A DNA stretch of 64,000 nt from Candidatus Altimarinota bacterium (GCA_965250085.1 OZ252287.1:768001-832000), one strand, 5' to 3'; positions 19,483 through 29,015 are shown, numbered from the stretch's first letter. Translations and numbers: made by a program. Notes: generated by a model not told the origin, from the sequence alone.

Positions 19483-19967
19483 AATCTCGTGGAATACATC
19501 AAAACACTACGTATTTGGTTTTATACAGTCAATAAAACAAATTTGAGCTTTATTCTAAAACCCCGAAAAGTGTCACTTTTTGTAACATTCAATCGAGAAA
19601 AGTAGCTGAAACAAGCCATTTTCATATTTTCTCTGAACAGCTATTTCTTAGAAAGAAACAACAGAATGCTATAAAGAAGTTTCAAAATTGCGAATTTTTG
19701 GCTTTTTGAAGTCAGAAAAACAGATTTGTGCTTTATCTAGAAACCCTGATAATTGTTCATTTTTGTACACCTGAATCAAAGAAAGTAGCTTAAATAAGCC
19801 ATTTTATATTTTCTCAAAAGAGCAGATTTTTCTATTGTTTTACGAAAGAAAGCCAAAAAAACGGTGAAAAAGTGTGAAAACGGTGAAAAAATGTGTGATT
19901 TTTTGTGACGGGATTTTTCTAAAAAACCTATATTGATTGACTGATTTCCATCTTCACCTTTAAGGAA

Positions 19968-20354
19968 TCAGAAAGGCAGATCACCCTTCAAGTATTCTTT
20001 TGCACGATTGTAGTTCATGTCTGTATTGTCTTTCTTTTTGTAATAAATTTCGAGAAATTTAACTTTCATTTCTTTAGGATAGAATGCGTAGATTACTCTG
20101 ATCCCGCTTCTATTTCCTTTCCCTTTCAGAGATTTGCAGGCAAATTTTTTAATTTTGCAGATCTCAATTGTTTCGTAACAATACCCGGAGACTCTCTGAA
20201 CGCTGTGATTATCAATACCTTGAACATGGAAAAGTTCTATGGCATTTCTTTTCACAGTTTCTAAATCTTCTCCCAGAGTGGAGTATTTTTTGAGCAGCCG
20301 TTTCAGGTCTCGTTCAAACTCATGAGTCTGATTATACTGTATTTTCTTCTTCAT
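19968..20354 (-). CDS. RelE-like toxin
   Basis: FERDLKRLLKKY...KGNRSGIRVIY...LEIYYK; overlaps the 3' end of the upstream antitoxin gene. Confidence 0.75.
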   Translation of the reverse strand: MKKKIQYNQTHEFERDLKRLLKKYSTLGEDLETVKRNAIELFHVQGIDNHSVQRVSGYCYETIEICKIKKFACKSLKGKGNRSGIRVIYAFYPKEMKVKFLEIYYKKKDNTDMNYNRAKEYLKGDLPF

Positions 20355-21108
20355 ATTGCCGTACTGAGGTTTGTGGAGTGCGATAGAAAACAGCCTCATA
20401 ATCAATAGGCTTTCCGTCTTCAGCTGTAATCCATGGCACGTCCTCGTGAGAAAGGTCACTCAACTCCTTTGCACTTTTTCCAGAGAGTCGACCTAAAACG
20501 TTATCTATATGTTTGATTTCTCTTGCTGAAAGAAAATCGATATTTGGTTTTTTGATTGGCAAGTATTTTGTTTGATCATATTTAAAATACTTTGTTTTTA
20601 CTTCTTCTATTTCTTCATCTGTAATCATTTCATCGACAATTTTACGAAACGCTATCGGAGTAGGACCGAGGCGATTTTTAATGTAAACAGCCCCAACCAG
20701 TTGCTCCTCAAACTTTTCGTAATAATCAAAGTCACAAAAATACAGCAATTTATAGAGAACAGTTTGTCCTATGTTCGGCAATGCTCCTACTTTCTGTGTT
20801 ATGTAGAGCAATACTTGCTTGAATTTTTCTACGTTTTCCTGGGGAACGCTAATTCGGATAGCTGCTTCTAGAGACTTTTTGTCCTTAGTCTTTTCTAAGT
20901 CAACTTCGTATTTCTCTTCTTTTTCGTTTAACAACGTTCCCAATGAGATATCAAAAATTGTAGCAAATTTCTTTGCTTCGGAAAGAGTCAACTCTCTTTC
21001 TCCAGAAAAAATCTTTCCAACAGTTGGTCGCGAAACCCCCAACTCTTGAGAAAGAAACTCCTGAGAGAAACCTTTCTTCTTGCGAAGTTTTTCTAAAAAT
21101 GTATCCAT
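20332..21108 (-). CDS. XRE-HTH + Panacea (DUF4065/SocA) antitoxin
   Basis: N-terminal HTH (LRKKKGFSQEFLSQELGVSRPT); LYKLLYFCDF, GP, LSDLSHEDVPW. Confidence 0.85.
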   Translation of the reverse strand: MDTFLEKLRKKKGFSQEFLSQELGVSRPTVGKIFSGERELTLSEAKKFATIFDISLGTLLNEKEEKYEVDLEKTKDKKSLEAAIRISVPQENVEKFKQVLLYITQKVGALPNIGQTVLYKLLYFCDFDYYEKFEEQLVGAVYIKNRLGPTPIAFRKIVDEMITDEEIEEVKTKYFKYDQTKYLPIKKPNIDFLSAREIKHIDNVLGRLSGKSAKELSDLSHEDVPWITAEDGKPIDYEAVFYRTPQTSVRQYEEENTV

Positions 21109-21123
21109 TTGGCAAGGGTAAAT

Positions 21124-21360
21124 TTAGCCGCGAGGCGGGAATTTATCTCTACTACGAGGATAGGTATTCTTTTCATGGATTACGCCATCTCGACGCTGTA
21201 CCACCATCTCCAAACCTTGATTTTTTGCTACCTCACGAGCAACTTCTCTTGCGTCTTGCTTGTCCTCAATAACGCGAATTGCCCGCTCAGCTCCAGGTTT
21301 GTGAACTTTCCAGTCGCCATGACCGGCGGGTGAAACCCAAATTTGATTATTATTAGTCAT
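21124..21360 (-). CDS. DUF2188-like small protein
   Basis: WKVHKPGAERA...AREVAKNQ...RRDGVIHEKNTY...PPRG. Confidence 0.8.
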   Translation of the reverse strand: MTNNNQIWVSPAGHGDWKVHKPGAERAIRVIEDKQDAREVAREVAKNQGLEMVVQRRDGVIHEKNTYPRSRDKFPPRG

Positions 21361-21504
21361 AAAAAATGTTAATTACATCCTCAGTTTATCGTTTGTAATT
21401 TTTTTTGTCAATAGCTTTGTAAAACTTTTTTACAAGAGACTTAAAAGACCCTACCAGAGATAGTGTTTAGAATCCAGAACGGCTAATCATTTAATAATCG
21501 GATT

Positions 21505-21642
21505 TTATAGCTTCACACCTGCAAAATCCCGCTTCACTGAATACGCTTTTTTTGAGAACTCTGAGAACCTCTGTACCAAAAGACCTGCACTTTTGCGGTT
21601 TTCCTGCATATACTGCATCAAGTGTTTAGCAACTGCATCCAC
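21505..21642 (-). other. Predicted alternative C-terminal segment of the integrase (45 codons + TAA)
   Basis: Stays in frame with the integrase after an in-silico attL x attR join. Confidence 0.6.
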
Positions 21643-21652
21643 TCCCGAGCCA
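21642..21652 (+). repeat. attR core CTCCCGAGCCA
   Basis: Identical to tRNA-Gln 3' end 12262-12272. Confidence 0.8.
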
Positions 21653-21735
21653 ATGCTATTTTATGGCTTTAAAGTAGACTAGACGAAAAATTAGCAGCAA
21701 CTGTGCTAAGTATTTTTGGGAGAAGTAATAATTTT

Positions 21736-22935
21736 TTATGTTATTTTCGTTAGTGGTATTTTTATACTTCCAGTACGTTTAAATAAGTGCTTTGATGTTT
21801 TTGGCGGAAAAAGATTTTTGCTCATCCCCATGACTACTACTTCACCTTTTGTTACATTCTCATTCTCTCTCCAAGAGGATACCTGTACTCCTTTGCTCTG
21901 ATAATCTACAAAATGAACAGGTATAGTGGAAAACGCCATTGCCTTCAAGATAGCATATCTATGATGCCCATCAAGAATAATAAGAGTTTTTTGATCAACA
22001 ACAATAGGTTCAACATACCCATTTATTTGAATATCTTTAGAAAGCTTATTGCAATATATTTTATCTATTTGTTCATGCTGTTTAAGTTTTTTTATAGGGA
22101 CTAATTCAACTTTTTTTTTAGATATATAGTGTATTTTTTTTTCTTGCTTTGAGAATAGTAATGAAGCATTTTTTAAATCAGTATCATTATCGATCTCATA
22201 CCATTGTATATCTTCAACCAAGTGCGCATAGATTCCTGTTGAAGATACTAAAGACTCAAAAGCTACTTCGTAATAATCATTTTTCCCATGATTGCTCATA
22301 TAACTTTCTAAAGTAGGTATAAAATATTTTTCAAAAAACTGCTTTTTAAACAAATATATATTAATAGTTTTATATTTATCTATAAAATAGTTTTTTGTTT
22401 TTTCTTGATTCTTTGAACCAATAAAACTTTTTATTTTGCTAGTTTTTTCATCCATTGTAATTACAGTTCCAGAAATAGCTTTGTCATATTTCGCTACCAA
22501 AACTAAATTCTGATGATTGGCATCCAAAAGAGGTGTTAACATTTCTTTTTCAAACACAAGATCTCCTTCAAGGCAGATAACATCATTTTTTATATAATCT
22601 TTTGTAAGCCACAAAGAATACATATTATTGGTTGAAGCGTGATCCTTATTGAGCACATACATTATTTTCATTCCTTTATAAAATTTTCCAATATGCTCCT
22701 TTATTTTTTCAGCTTTATGCCCCACCACAATTATTACTTCTTCAATTTTTTTTAATTCAGCAAGATGATTTAAAGCTCTTTTTATAATGGTTTCACCGCT
22801 AACCTCAACCATGACCTTGGGAATGTTCTCTGTCAGTGGCAGCAATCTGCTTCCACTTCCGGCTGCCAAAATTATAGCCTGCATTTTATTTGTTTTTTCT
22901 GTTGGCTTTCCTTTCTTTAAGTTGTGATTTGACAT
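21736..22935 (-). CDS. LicC-like cytidylyltransferase fused to a ParB/SerK-like kinase domain
   Basis: ILAAGSGSRL..PK, LEGD, WYEIDN; C-terminal LKQHE, ILDGHHR, VDY, FPPKTSKH. Confidence 0.8.
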   Translation of the reverse strand: MSNHNLKKGKPTEKTNKMQAIILAAGSGSRLLPLTENIPKVMVEVSGETIIKRALNHLAELKKIEEVIIVVGHKAEKIKEHIGKFYKGMKIMYVLNKDHASTNNMYSLWLTKDYIKNDVICLEGDLVFEKEMLTPLLDANHQNLVLVAKYDKAISGTVITMDEKTSKIKSFIGSKNQEKTKNYFIDKYKTINIYLFKKQFFEKYFIPTLESYMSNHGKNDYYEVAFESLVSSTGIYAHLVEDIQWYEIDNDTDLKNASLLFSKQEKKIHYISKKKVELVPIKKLKQHEQIDKIYCNKLSKDIQINGYVEPIVVDQKTLIILDGHHRYAILKAMAFSTIPVHFVDYQSKGVQVSSWRENENVTKGEVVVMGMSKNLFPPKTSKHLFKRTGSIKIPLTKIT

Positions 22936-22938
22936 AGG

Positions 22939-23526
22939 TTATATTAGTAAAGTAGTAACTAAAATAAGATTAATTATCATAATAAATATTATAAAATAAG
23001 TACTATATTCCTTCTTTATAAGAATGCTCGAAATCATCATAATGCCAAAGAATATGTATAAGATTGATAAATAAACCGGAACTATATTAAGGAGAATGGC
23101 CGTATAAATCAGATGCGAAGGAGGAGAAATACTGACTCCCTTTCTATAGCCTGAAGCTGTTTTTTCAGCATTGAACCTGGCAAGCCTATATATACCGCAA
23201 CCCGCCATGAACACTGATGATATTAGTAAAATATTATTATCAAAAACTATAGCAATAATGAATGGGGGCGCAATAAAAGCCATCACATCAACAAGGGAAT
23301 CTAAGTCTGTCCCAAGAGGAGAAAACATTTTAAATTTTCGTGCTACGTATCCATCTGCAATATCAAATACGTCTGTAATCGTTAAAAATATAATTGCTAT
23401 GATAATTTGATCATTCAAAATCAAATAAATTCCAATTAATGCGAATAGAAGCCCTCCAAAAGTTATCACATTTGGGATTGTTGCGTTGGGAAATCTTTTG
23501 TTGATTGGAAACAATAAACTTTTCAT
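22939..23526 (-). CDS. CDP-alcohol phosphatidyltransferase (PssA-like)
   Basis: DIADGYVAR...G.DLDSLVD signature; RLARFN. Confidence 0.9.
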   Translation of the reverse strand: MKSLLFPINKRFPNATIPNVITFGGLLFALIGIYLILNDQIIIAIIFLTITDVFDIADGYVARKFKMFSPLGTDLDSLVDVMAFIAPPFIIAIVFDNNILLISSVFMAGCGIYRLARFNAEKTASGYRKGVSISPPSHLIYTAILLNIVPVYLSILYIFFGIMMISSILIKKEYSTYFIIFIMIINLILVTTLLI

Positions 23527-23816
23527 ATTTCTTAAAAAATAGCCCTCCCTTATTAAAAAAATAAGGGCGCCAGCCATAGTAACACAATTGATGCCAAAAT
23601 GGGATGGTGATTCCCTACGGCAATAAAAAATTGAGGGTTGTGATGGAGCTTCGGCTTGAACCTGAAAACCACATTGTGAAGGCAATGCTGAAGAAGCATG
23701 TCTTTAATAATCCAAAAAAACTAGATCTCAGAAGGGAAATGCCTTGAATCTCTGGAAATGGGAGATCTTCTCATTCCATCTTTCTAAGCATTTAAGATGA
23801 CAAAGGCTCCGTTGTC

Positions 23817-24536
23817 CTACAATGAAAGAGAGCTCGCTATTTTTCCTATGAGGTATCCAACCACTGCTGCAGCACCCGCAAAGAGTGCCATCTCTATACC
23901 GGATTTCCACCATATGCGGCCGGTAAATTTTGTGATAAATGCTCCCAGAAGAAAAAGTCCGATCAGGGCACTTAAAAGTGACAATACGAGCGCATCCTCA
24001 AGGGAAGCAAGAAAAAGATAGGGAAGAAGGGGGATGGATCCTCCAAGGATATAAGAAATCCCCATGTATAAGCCATTTTTCCATGGGATTTCAAATTCAT
24101 CAGGAATGATTTTTAGCTCTCGAAATGCCATCTCTTTCAAAAAGAGATCTTGATTTTTGGAAGCTTCTTCCGCCATAGAGCCTGCGAGATCTTGAGGCCA
24201 GCCATCATGAACATACATGTCTCGAAGTTCTCGTATCTCTCCTAATAGATTTTTTTCGATTTCAATTTTTTCTTCTGCCATTTTTTTCTCCAATATTTCT
24301 TTTTCTGATTTGCTCGAAAGAAAAGACCCCACTCCCATAGAAATTGACTCAACAGCAATAATGACCAGTCCAGCGAGAATAACCGTAAAGTGATCCTGTG
24401 TTCCAGCAGCAATGCCAGTGATCACTCCTACAGTTGACACCATGCCATCTTCTACTCCAAAAACCACTTCTCGTATAAGAGAAGAGAGGTTTTTTCTCTC
24501 AGAATGATTATATTCTGACTGATATTCAGATGTCAT
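23817..24536 (-). CDS. VIT1/CCC1 metal transporter
   Basis: REVVFGVEDGMVS, SISMGVGSFLS.KSE. Confidence 0.9.
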   Translation of the reverse strand: MTSEYQSEYNHSERKNLSSLIREVVFGVEDGMVSTVGVITGIAAGTQDHFTVILAGLVIIAVESISMGVGSFLSSKSEKEILEKKMAEEKIEIEKNLLGEIRELRDMYVHDGWPQDLAGSMAEEASKNQDLFLKEMAFRELKIIPDEFEIPWKNGLYMGISYILGGSIPLLPYLFLASLEDALVLSLLSALIGLFLLGAFITKFTGRIWWKSGIEMALFAGAAAVVGYLIGKIASSLSL

Positions 24537-24660
24537 AAAAATGGAAAGTTGCGCCAGCAAAGAGTACGACATTTCTCTTTTTTGGGAAAACAATATTTTG
24601 GGGACATATCTTACGACTTATTATTGCATGTGATATCATCTTTATGATTTTTAAAGACAC

Positions 24661-25635
24661 ATGTCTCTGCAATCTATTCATGAAAAAAACATTGTATTTT
24701 TGGAAGTAGAACCAGAGGATATGCAGATTCTACAAAAAGAATTTCCTGAAGCACAAATTGAGTCTGAACCGCTCTCAGAAGACAAAATCATACAAAAGTA
24801 TGCTGATGCTGAAATTATGTGTGTATTTATCTACTCTCAACTTACTTCAAATGTTATTGAGAACCTCCCGAACCTCAAATTGATTGTTACCAGATCCGTA
24901 GGATATGATCACATTGATCTTGAAGCAGCAGAAAAAAAGAATGTCGTTGTATGTAATGTTCCCAACTATGGAGCACATGTCATTGCCGAACATGTTTTTG
25001 CACTTCTTCTCTCGAGCGTACGATGTATCAAAGAGGGGGATGAACGGGTAGAAAAATGTTTTTTTGATTTTCATGGACTCAGAGGAGTCTCTCTCAAAGG
25101 AAAAACCCTGGGAATTATTGGAGCTGGAAAAATTGGGCAAAATGTTGCTCGTATTGCCTCTTTAGGATTTCTTATGGACGTCATCGTTTCTGATGCACAT
25201 CCAGATGAAGACATTGCTCGTGAATATCATTTCCAATATGTGTCTTTGGAGCAAGTATGGGAAAGAAGTGATTTTATTACCCTGCACGTCCCACTTATCC
25301 CCAGCACAAAACATATGATTAACTCTGAAACCATTGCCAAGATGAAAAATGGAGTCGTTATTATTAATACTGCCAGGGGTGGTATTATCGATACCAAGGC
25401 TCTCATTGCCGGTATTACCTCTGAAAAAATATCTCATGTGGCATTAGATGTTTTGGAGCACGAACAAAATATACAAGAAGATAAGGAGCTCATTTCATTG
25501 CCACAAGTAATCACCACTCCTCATATTGCTTTTTATGCTGATGATTCTATGAAAAAAATGTATGAAGAAGCATTTGTTTCTCTTCATCAATTTTTGGAAG
25601 GTCAGGATTTGAAATACCAGGTACAAGGGGTGTAG
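24661..25635 (+). CDS. D-2-hydroxyacid (D-lactate-like) dehydrogenase
   Basis: RSVGYDHID, GIIGAGKIG, INTARGG, LDVLE, TPHIAF. Confidence 0.92.
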   Translation: MSLQSIHEKNIVFLEVEPEDMQILQKEFPEAQIESEPLSEDKIIQKYADAEIMCVFIYSQLTSNVIENLPNLKLIVTRSVGYDHIDLEAAEKKNVVVCNVPNYGAHVIAEHVFALLLSSVRCIKEGDERVEKCFFDFHGLRGVSLKGKTLGIIGAGKIGQNVARIASLGFLMDVIVSDAHPDEDIAREYHFQYVSLEQVWERSDFITLHVPLIPSTKHMINSETIAKMKNGVVIINTARGGIIDTKALIAGITSEKISHVALDVLEHEQNIQEDKELISLPQVITTPHIAFYADDSMKKMYEEAFVSLHQFLEGQDLKYQVQGV

Positions 25636-25892
25636 ATGCATACCACAATTGTCACTTGCAAAAAGTGTCACACTTTTTTCTTGTGTACGTATATTACAAA
25701 TGAGCACTCATGTGTTTTTTTTGTATATTACCTGCAGTCCATGGGATTTATTGCGTAAAAATATCAATGGGAATGTTCTTTAAAAAATAAAGAAGGAAAA
25801 AGATAATGGAGAGGGTTCTTTTCGCATGAAGGAGGAGAGAGCGGCAGGGGCTTTCTCTCCTTCAGTTGTAAAAAATGATATACTGCCCGCTG

Positions 25893-26438
25893 ATGAAATC
25901 CCAGCACTCTGAATTTATTGACCATTATCAGGAGTGGAAACACAAAGTGTTCAGCTTCTTTCTATACCGTCTTGGTGGAAAGAGGGAAGTGGCAGAAGAT
26001 CTCACCAGTGAGACATTTATAAAGGCATACGAACATTTTGAGGGATATGATCCTGCATACGCTTTCAGTACTTGGGTCTTCACCATCGCCAGAAACACAC
26101 TTATAGATCATTTTCGAAAAGAAAAACAAGTCTTGCCTCTGGAATTGATGCCAGATGAAAGTGATGAATCATTTGCAGAAGAGCAAATGCAGCGCGACGC
26201 AGACGGATCTTTCCAGAAAGAAAAATTATTAGTTGCTCTCAGTTCACTTCCAGATGTACAGCAAGAATGTATTACCCTCAAATATCTCAACCAGATGAGC
26301 ACAAAAGAAATTTCAAAAATAGTACATACTTCAGAAGCAAATGTTCGACAAACTCTCAGCAGAGGGATAAAAAAACTCAAAATATATTTTCAGGCATGTA
26401 TCGTTCTTTTTCTTTTCTTTTTCCATATTCTTTCTTGA
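25893..26438 (+). CDS. ECF RNA polymerase sigma factor
   Basis: AEDLTSETFIKA, FSTWVFTIARN, region 4 HTH. Confidence 0.9.
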   Translation: MKSQHSEFIDHYQEWKHKVFSFFLYRLGGKREVAEDLTSETFIKAYEHFEGYDPAYAFSTWVFTIARNTLIDHFRKEKQVLPLELMPDESDESFAEEQMQRDADGSFQKEKLLVALSSLPDVQQECITLKYLNQMSTKEISKIVHTSEANVRQTLSRGIKKLKIYFQACIVLFLFFFHILS

Positions 26439-27820
26439 TGAAAGATCCAAAAAATAATTTTCGGCTTCCAGTACAAAGACTCTCGTTTGTAGCAGATATG
26501 AAGATACGCTGGAAACTCTTTGTTCTTTCTTTTATCAAATCATTCTCCACATTTGGAAGATGGAAAGTGCTTATTCCTGTACTGCTTCTCACGGTCCTGC
26601 TTCCGCTGGGAAATATGGGGGTGGCGTCATATGTGTATAACAACGAACAGATTATCAGAGGAGATTTTTTATATGGATATAAGAGAAATCTTGAAAAGAA
26701 AAAACTTTACAAAAGAGAAATCCCTTCTGAAAAAGCTGAATACTACCTTGCCCTTTCTGAACGTCGTATACGAGAGGCAGAAGTTGCTCTTCAGAGGAAT
26801 GGGAGAAGCATAGCTGGTTTCCCAGGAATGACCGCTTCTAAAGTTCTTGTAAAAAACAGAGAATTCCCTGTTGTTGTATCCGATGATATTACGGCAGGCC
26901 TCGTGACCGAAAGCTCTCACTTTCTCTCTCTTTCCGTTGAAGAAGGAGGAAGGATTGTAGAAAATATTGAGAAAAGAGTGTTTTTGCAGCACCTCACAAG
27001 TCACTCCGAAAAAACAGAACAGTCTCTCAAAAAACTCAAGCATACGACATCCAAGCAAACAACAAGAGAAATTGCTGTATTAGCACAAAAAATTAACACC
27101 ATCTATCATCAGAACGCGCGAAACAATCTCGCATACGATTCTGATGATCTTCGACGTCTTCAGCCTATTTGGCTTAATGCTGAGGAAGGCGTCGTAGGAG
27201 ATAATCAAGAAATTGTGGAAGAATGGAAAAATCTCTCTGAGTCAAAAAGACAAAACGTTCATAAAAGACGAATCGCACTTTCAGACACAGATGATTCTTC
27301 CCTTTCTCAAGCCGACTCGACCACTCCTTCAGCAGCGCCAAGTTCCACTGCTCTCTTGAAAACGAGAGAAAATGAAGATCTCTCTGATGGCCGTGAAATT
27401 GGAGAATTTTCAAACAAAATAACAGGAGAACCAATTCTTTCTGAAACATTAGAGCCTGCAAGTGAAAGCCAAGGAAGGACAGAGGATGCTGAGCCAATGC
27501 TGATAGTAGAATTTGCAGAAGCAGAAGTAACAGATGATATATCTCCAGGATCCTTTGAATGGGCAGATGAATGGGAAGAACGATTTGCTGATCAGGATAA
27601 TTGGCAAGAGTTTTTGGAAGAAGACTTCGATAAAGAGGGAGAAACCCTGTGCTCTCAAGGAGAGCAATGGGCTATAAATGCTCAAGGTGAATGTAAAATA
27701 TTTCCAACTCCCTGCGATATTCCAGAAGATGAAGGTTGGGAGCTTGTAGAAACATGTGAAGGAGAAAAGAAAGATTCTCAAGATGAAGGTGGATTTTCTC
27801 ACGATGGCAGAGGGGAATAA
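26438..27820 (+). CDS. Membrane protein with DUF5667-like domain (candidate anti-sigma)
   Basis: TGATG coupling to the sigma gene; one TM helix; GDFLYGYKRNLE...ERRIREA. Confidence 0.65.
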   Translation: MKDPKNNFRLPVQRLSFVADMKIRWKLFVLSFIKSFSTFGRWKVLIPVLLLTVLLPLGNMGVASYVYNNEQIIRGDFLYGYKRNLEKKKLYKREIPSEKAEYYLALSERRIREAEVALQRNGRSIAGFPGMTASKVLVKNREFPVVVSDDITAGLVTESSHFLSLSVEEGGRIVENIEKRVFLQHLTSHSEKTEQSLKKLKHTTSKQTTREIAVLAQKINTIYHQNARNNLAYDSDDLRRLQPIWLNAEEGVVGDNQEIVEEWKNLSESKRQNVHKRRIALSDTDDSSLSQADSTTPSAAPSSTALLKTRENEDLSDGREIGEFSNKITGEPILSETLEPASESQGRTEDAEPMLIVEFAEAEVTDDISPGSFEWADEWEERFADQDNWQEFLEEDFDKEGETLCSQGEQWAINAQGECKIFPTPCDIPEDEGWELVETCEGEKKDSQDEGGFSHDGRGE

Positions 27821-27860
27821 AAAATTGAAATTCCCTTAAGTTCTGGTATAGTGCACTCGT

Positions 27861-28706
27861 ATGAATGTACGAATGGTACTTGCAATGGGAGAAAATCGAG
27901 AAATCGGTACAAGCGGTTCTCTCCTATGGGATCTTCCTGATGATTTGAAACACTTTAAAGAAAAAACCTTGGGAAAACCGGTGATTATGGGACGCAAAAC
28001 ATTTCAAAGTATTGGAAAACCGTTGCCGGGCAGAACAAATATCATTGTAACCAGAAATGAATATTTTGAAGAAGCAACGTCTCGTGTTGTCCACTCTCTT
28101 GAAGAAGCATTTCAAGAAGCTCTTCAGGAAAACCCTGAAGAAATTTGTGTTATTGGAGGTGGTGAAATCTGTACATTAGCACTCCCCTATACTTCCCACC
28201 TTTCTCTTACCTTTGTAGATGGATCTTTTGCAGAAGCGGATGTGTTTTTTCCGGTTATCGATGAATCTGACTGGAAAGAAGCTTCTCGTGAACATCATGT
28301 TCCAGATCAAAAACATAAATATTCTTTTACGTTTATAGGATTTGAGCGAATGACTCCAGTCCAACCATTGCCGATATTGGGAACGGCAAACACTGAGTAC
28401 GTCCCTCAAAGTGAAGAATCTCAAGAAGAATCCATTCCAGAGAAAGTGGAAAGCACGGAAACAGAGGTGGCCGAAGATATCCCTGAGAAGGAAAACTCTC
28501 CTTCTTCCCCTCTTGCAGAAGAATCTGAAGAAAATACTTCTCAAAATGAAGAACCTCCCGTTTCTGAAGAAGTTATCTTGGAAGAGATCGTACCAGAAGA
28601 AAATACTGAGAGTCCTCCTTCAGAAAAAATAGAAACAGAATCTGAAAAAAAGGTTCCTGCCAATTCTGAAGAAATCGGTGCCGATGATCTGTCCTCATTG
28701 TTTTAA
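27861..28706 (+). CDS. folA: Dihydrofolate reductase with acidic C-terminal tail
   Basis: DLKHFKEKTLGKPVIMGRKTF, PLPGR, VIGGG. Confidence 0.93.
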   Translation: MNVRMVLAMGENREIGTSGSLLWDLPDDLKHFKEKTLGKPVIMGRKTFQSIGKPLPGRTNIIVTRNEYFEEATSRVVHSLEEAFQEALQENPEEICVIGGGEICTLALPYTSHLSLTFVDGSFAEADVFFPVIDESDWKEASREHHVPDQKHKYSFTFIGFERMTPVQPLPILGTANTEYVPQSEESQEESIPEKVESTETEVAEDIPEKENSPSSPLAEESEENTSQNEEPPVSEEVILEEIVPEENTESPPSEKIETESEKKVPANSEEIGADDLSSLF

Positions 28707-28744
28707 ACAATTACCATTGTTTCTTCATTGGAACAAATTTTTCT

Positions 28745-28836
28745 GTCCCGCTTAAAAAGGGGGATCTTCGAGGGGGATTATTTGGAGAATATTTTACAAT
28801 AAACCCCTCTCAATCTCCCCTTGGGAAGGGGAGAAG
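28745..28836. repeat. REP-like palindromes
   Basis: TCTCCCCTTGGGAAGGGGAGA plus a degenerate inverted copy upstream, between convergent genes. Confidence 0.5.
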
Positions 28837-28945
28837 ATTTTTAATTTTTCCACCGAAACCCCGCAGTGCGGATTTGGTTCTTTTTGGCTTCAAAAAGAAC
28901 ATTGTTCAATGAGGTGATCATCACTCGCTATCGAGCGACCTCTGC

Positions 28946-29000
28946 TTATTTCTTGTTTCTTATTTCTTAATTCTTGATTCTTAATTCTAAATTCTAAATT
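28946..29000. repeat. Degenerate 7-bp tandem repeat
   Basis: ttatttc ttgtttc ttatttc ttaattc ttgattc ttaattc taaattc. Confidence 0.7.
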
Positions 29001-29015
29001 TTGCATTCTTCCTTC

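Larger units (their letters stand above)
12262..21652. mobile_element. Integrative element (~9.4 kb) in the tRNA-Gln 3' end
   Basis: Direct repeat CTCCCGAGCCA at both ends, large serine recombinase at the left end, IS/TA/resolvase cargo. Confidence 0.82.

Noticed and set aside
12262-21652. Prophage or conjugative element
   Set aside because: No structural, terminase, relaxase or T4SS genes between the att repeats.
23560-23800. Possible riboswitch upstream of the CDP-alcohol transferase
   Set aside because: Only weak hairpins, and no aptamer consensus that I can recognise.
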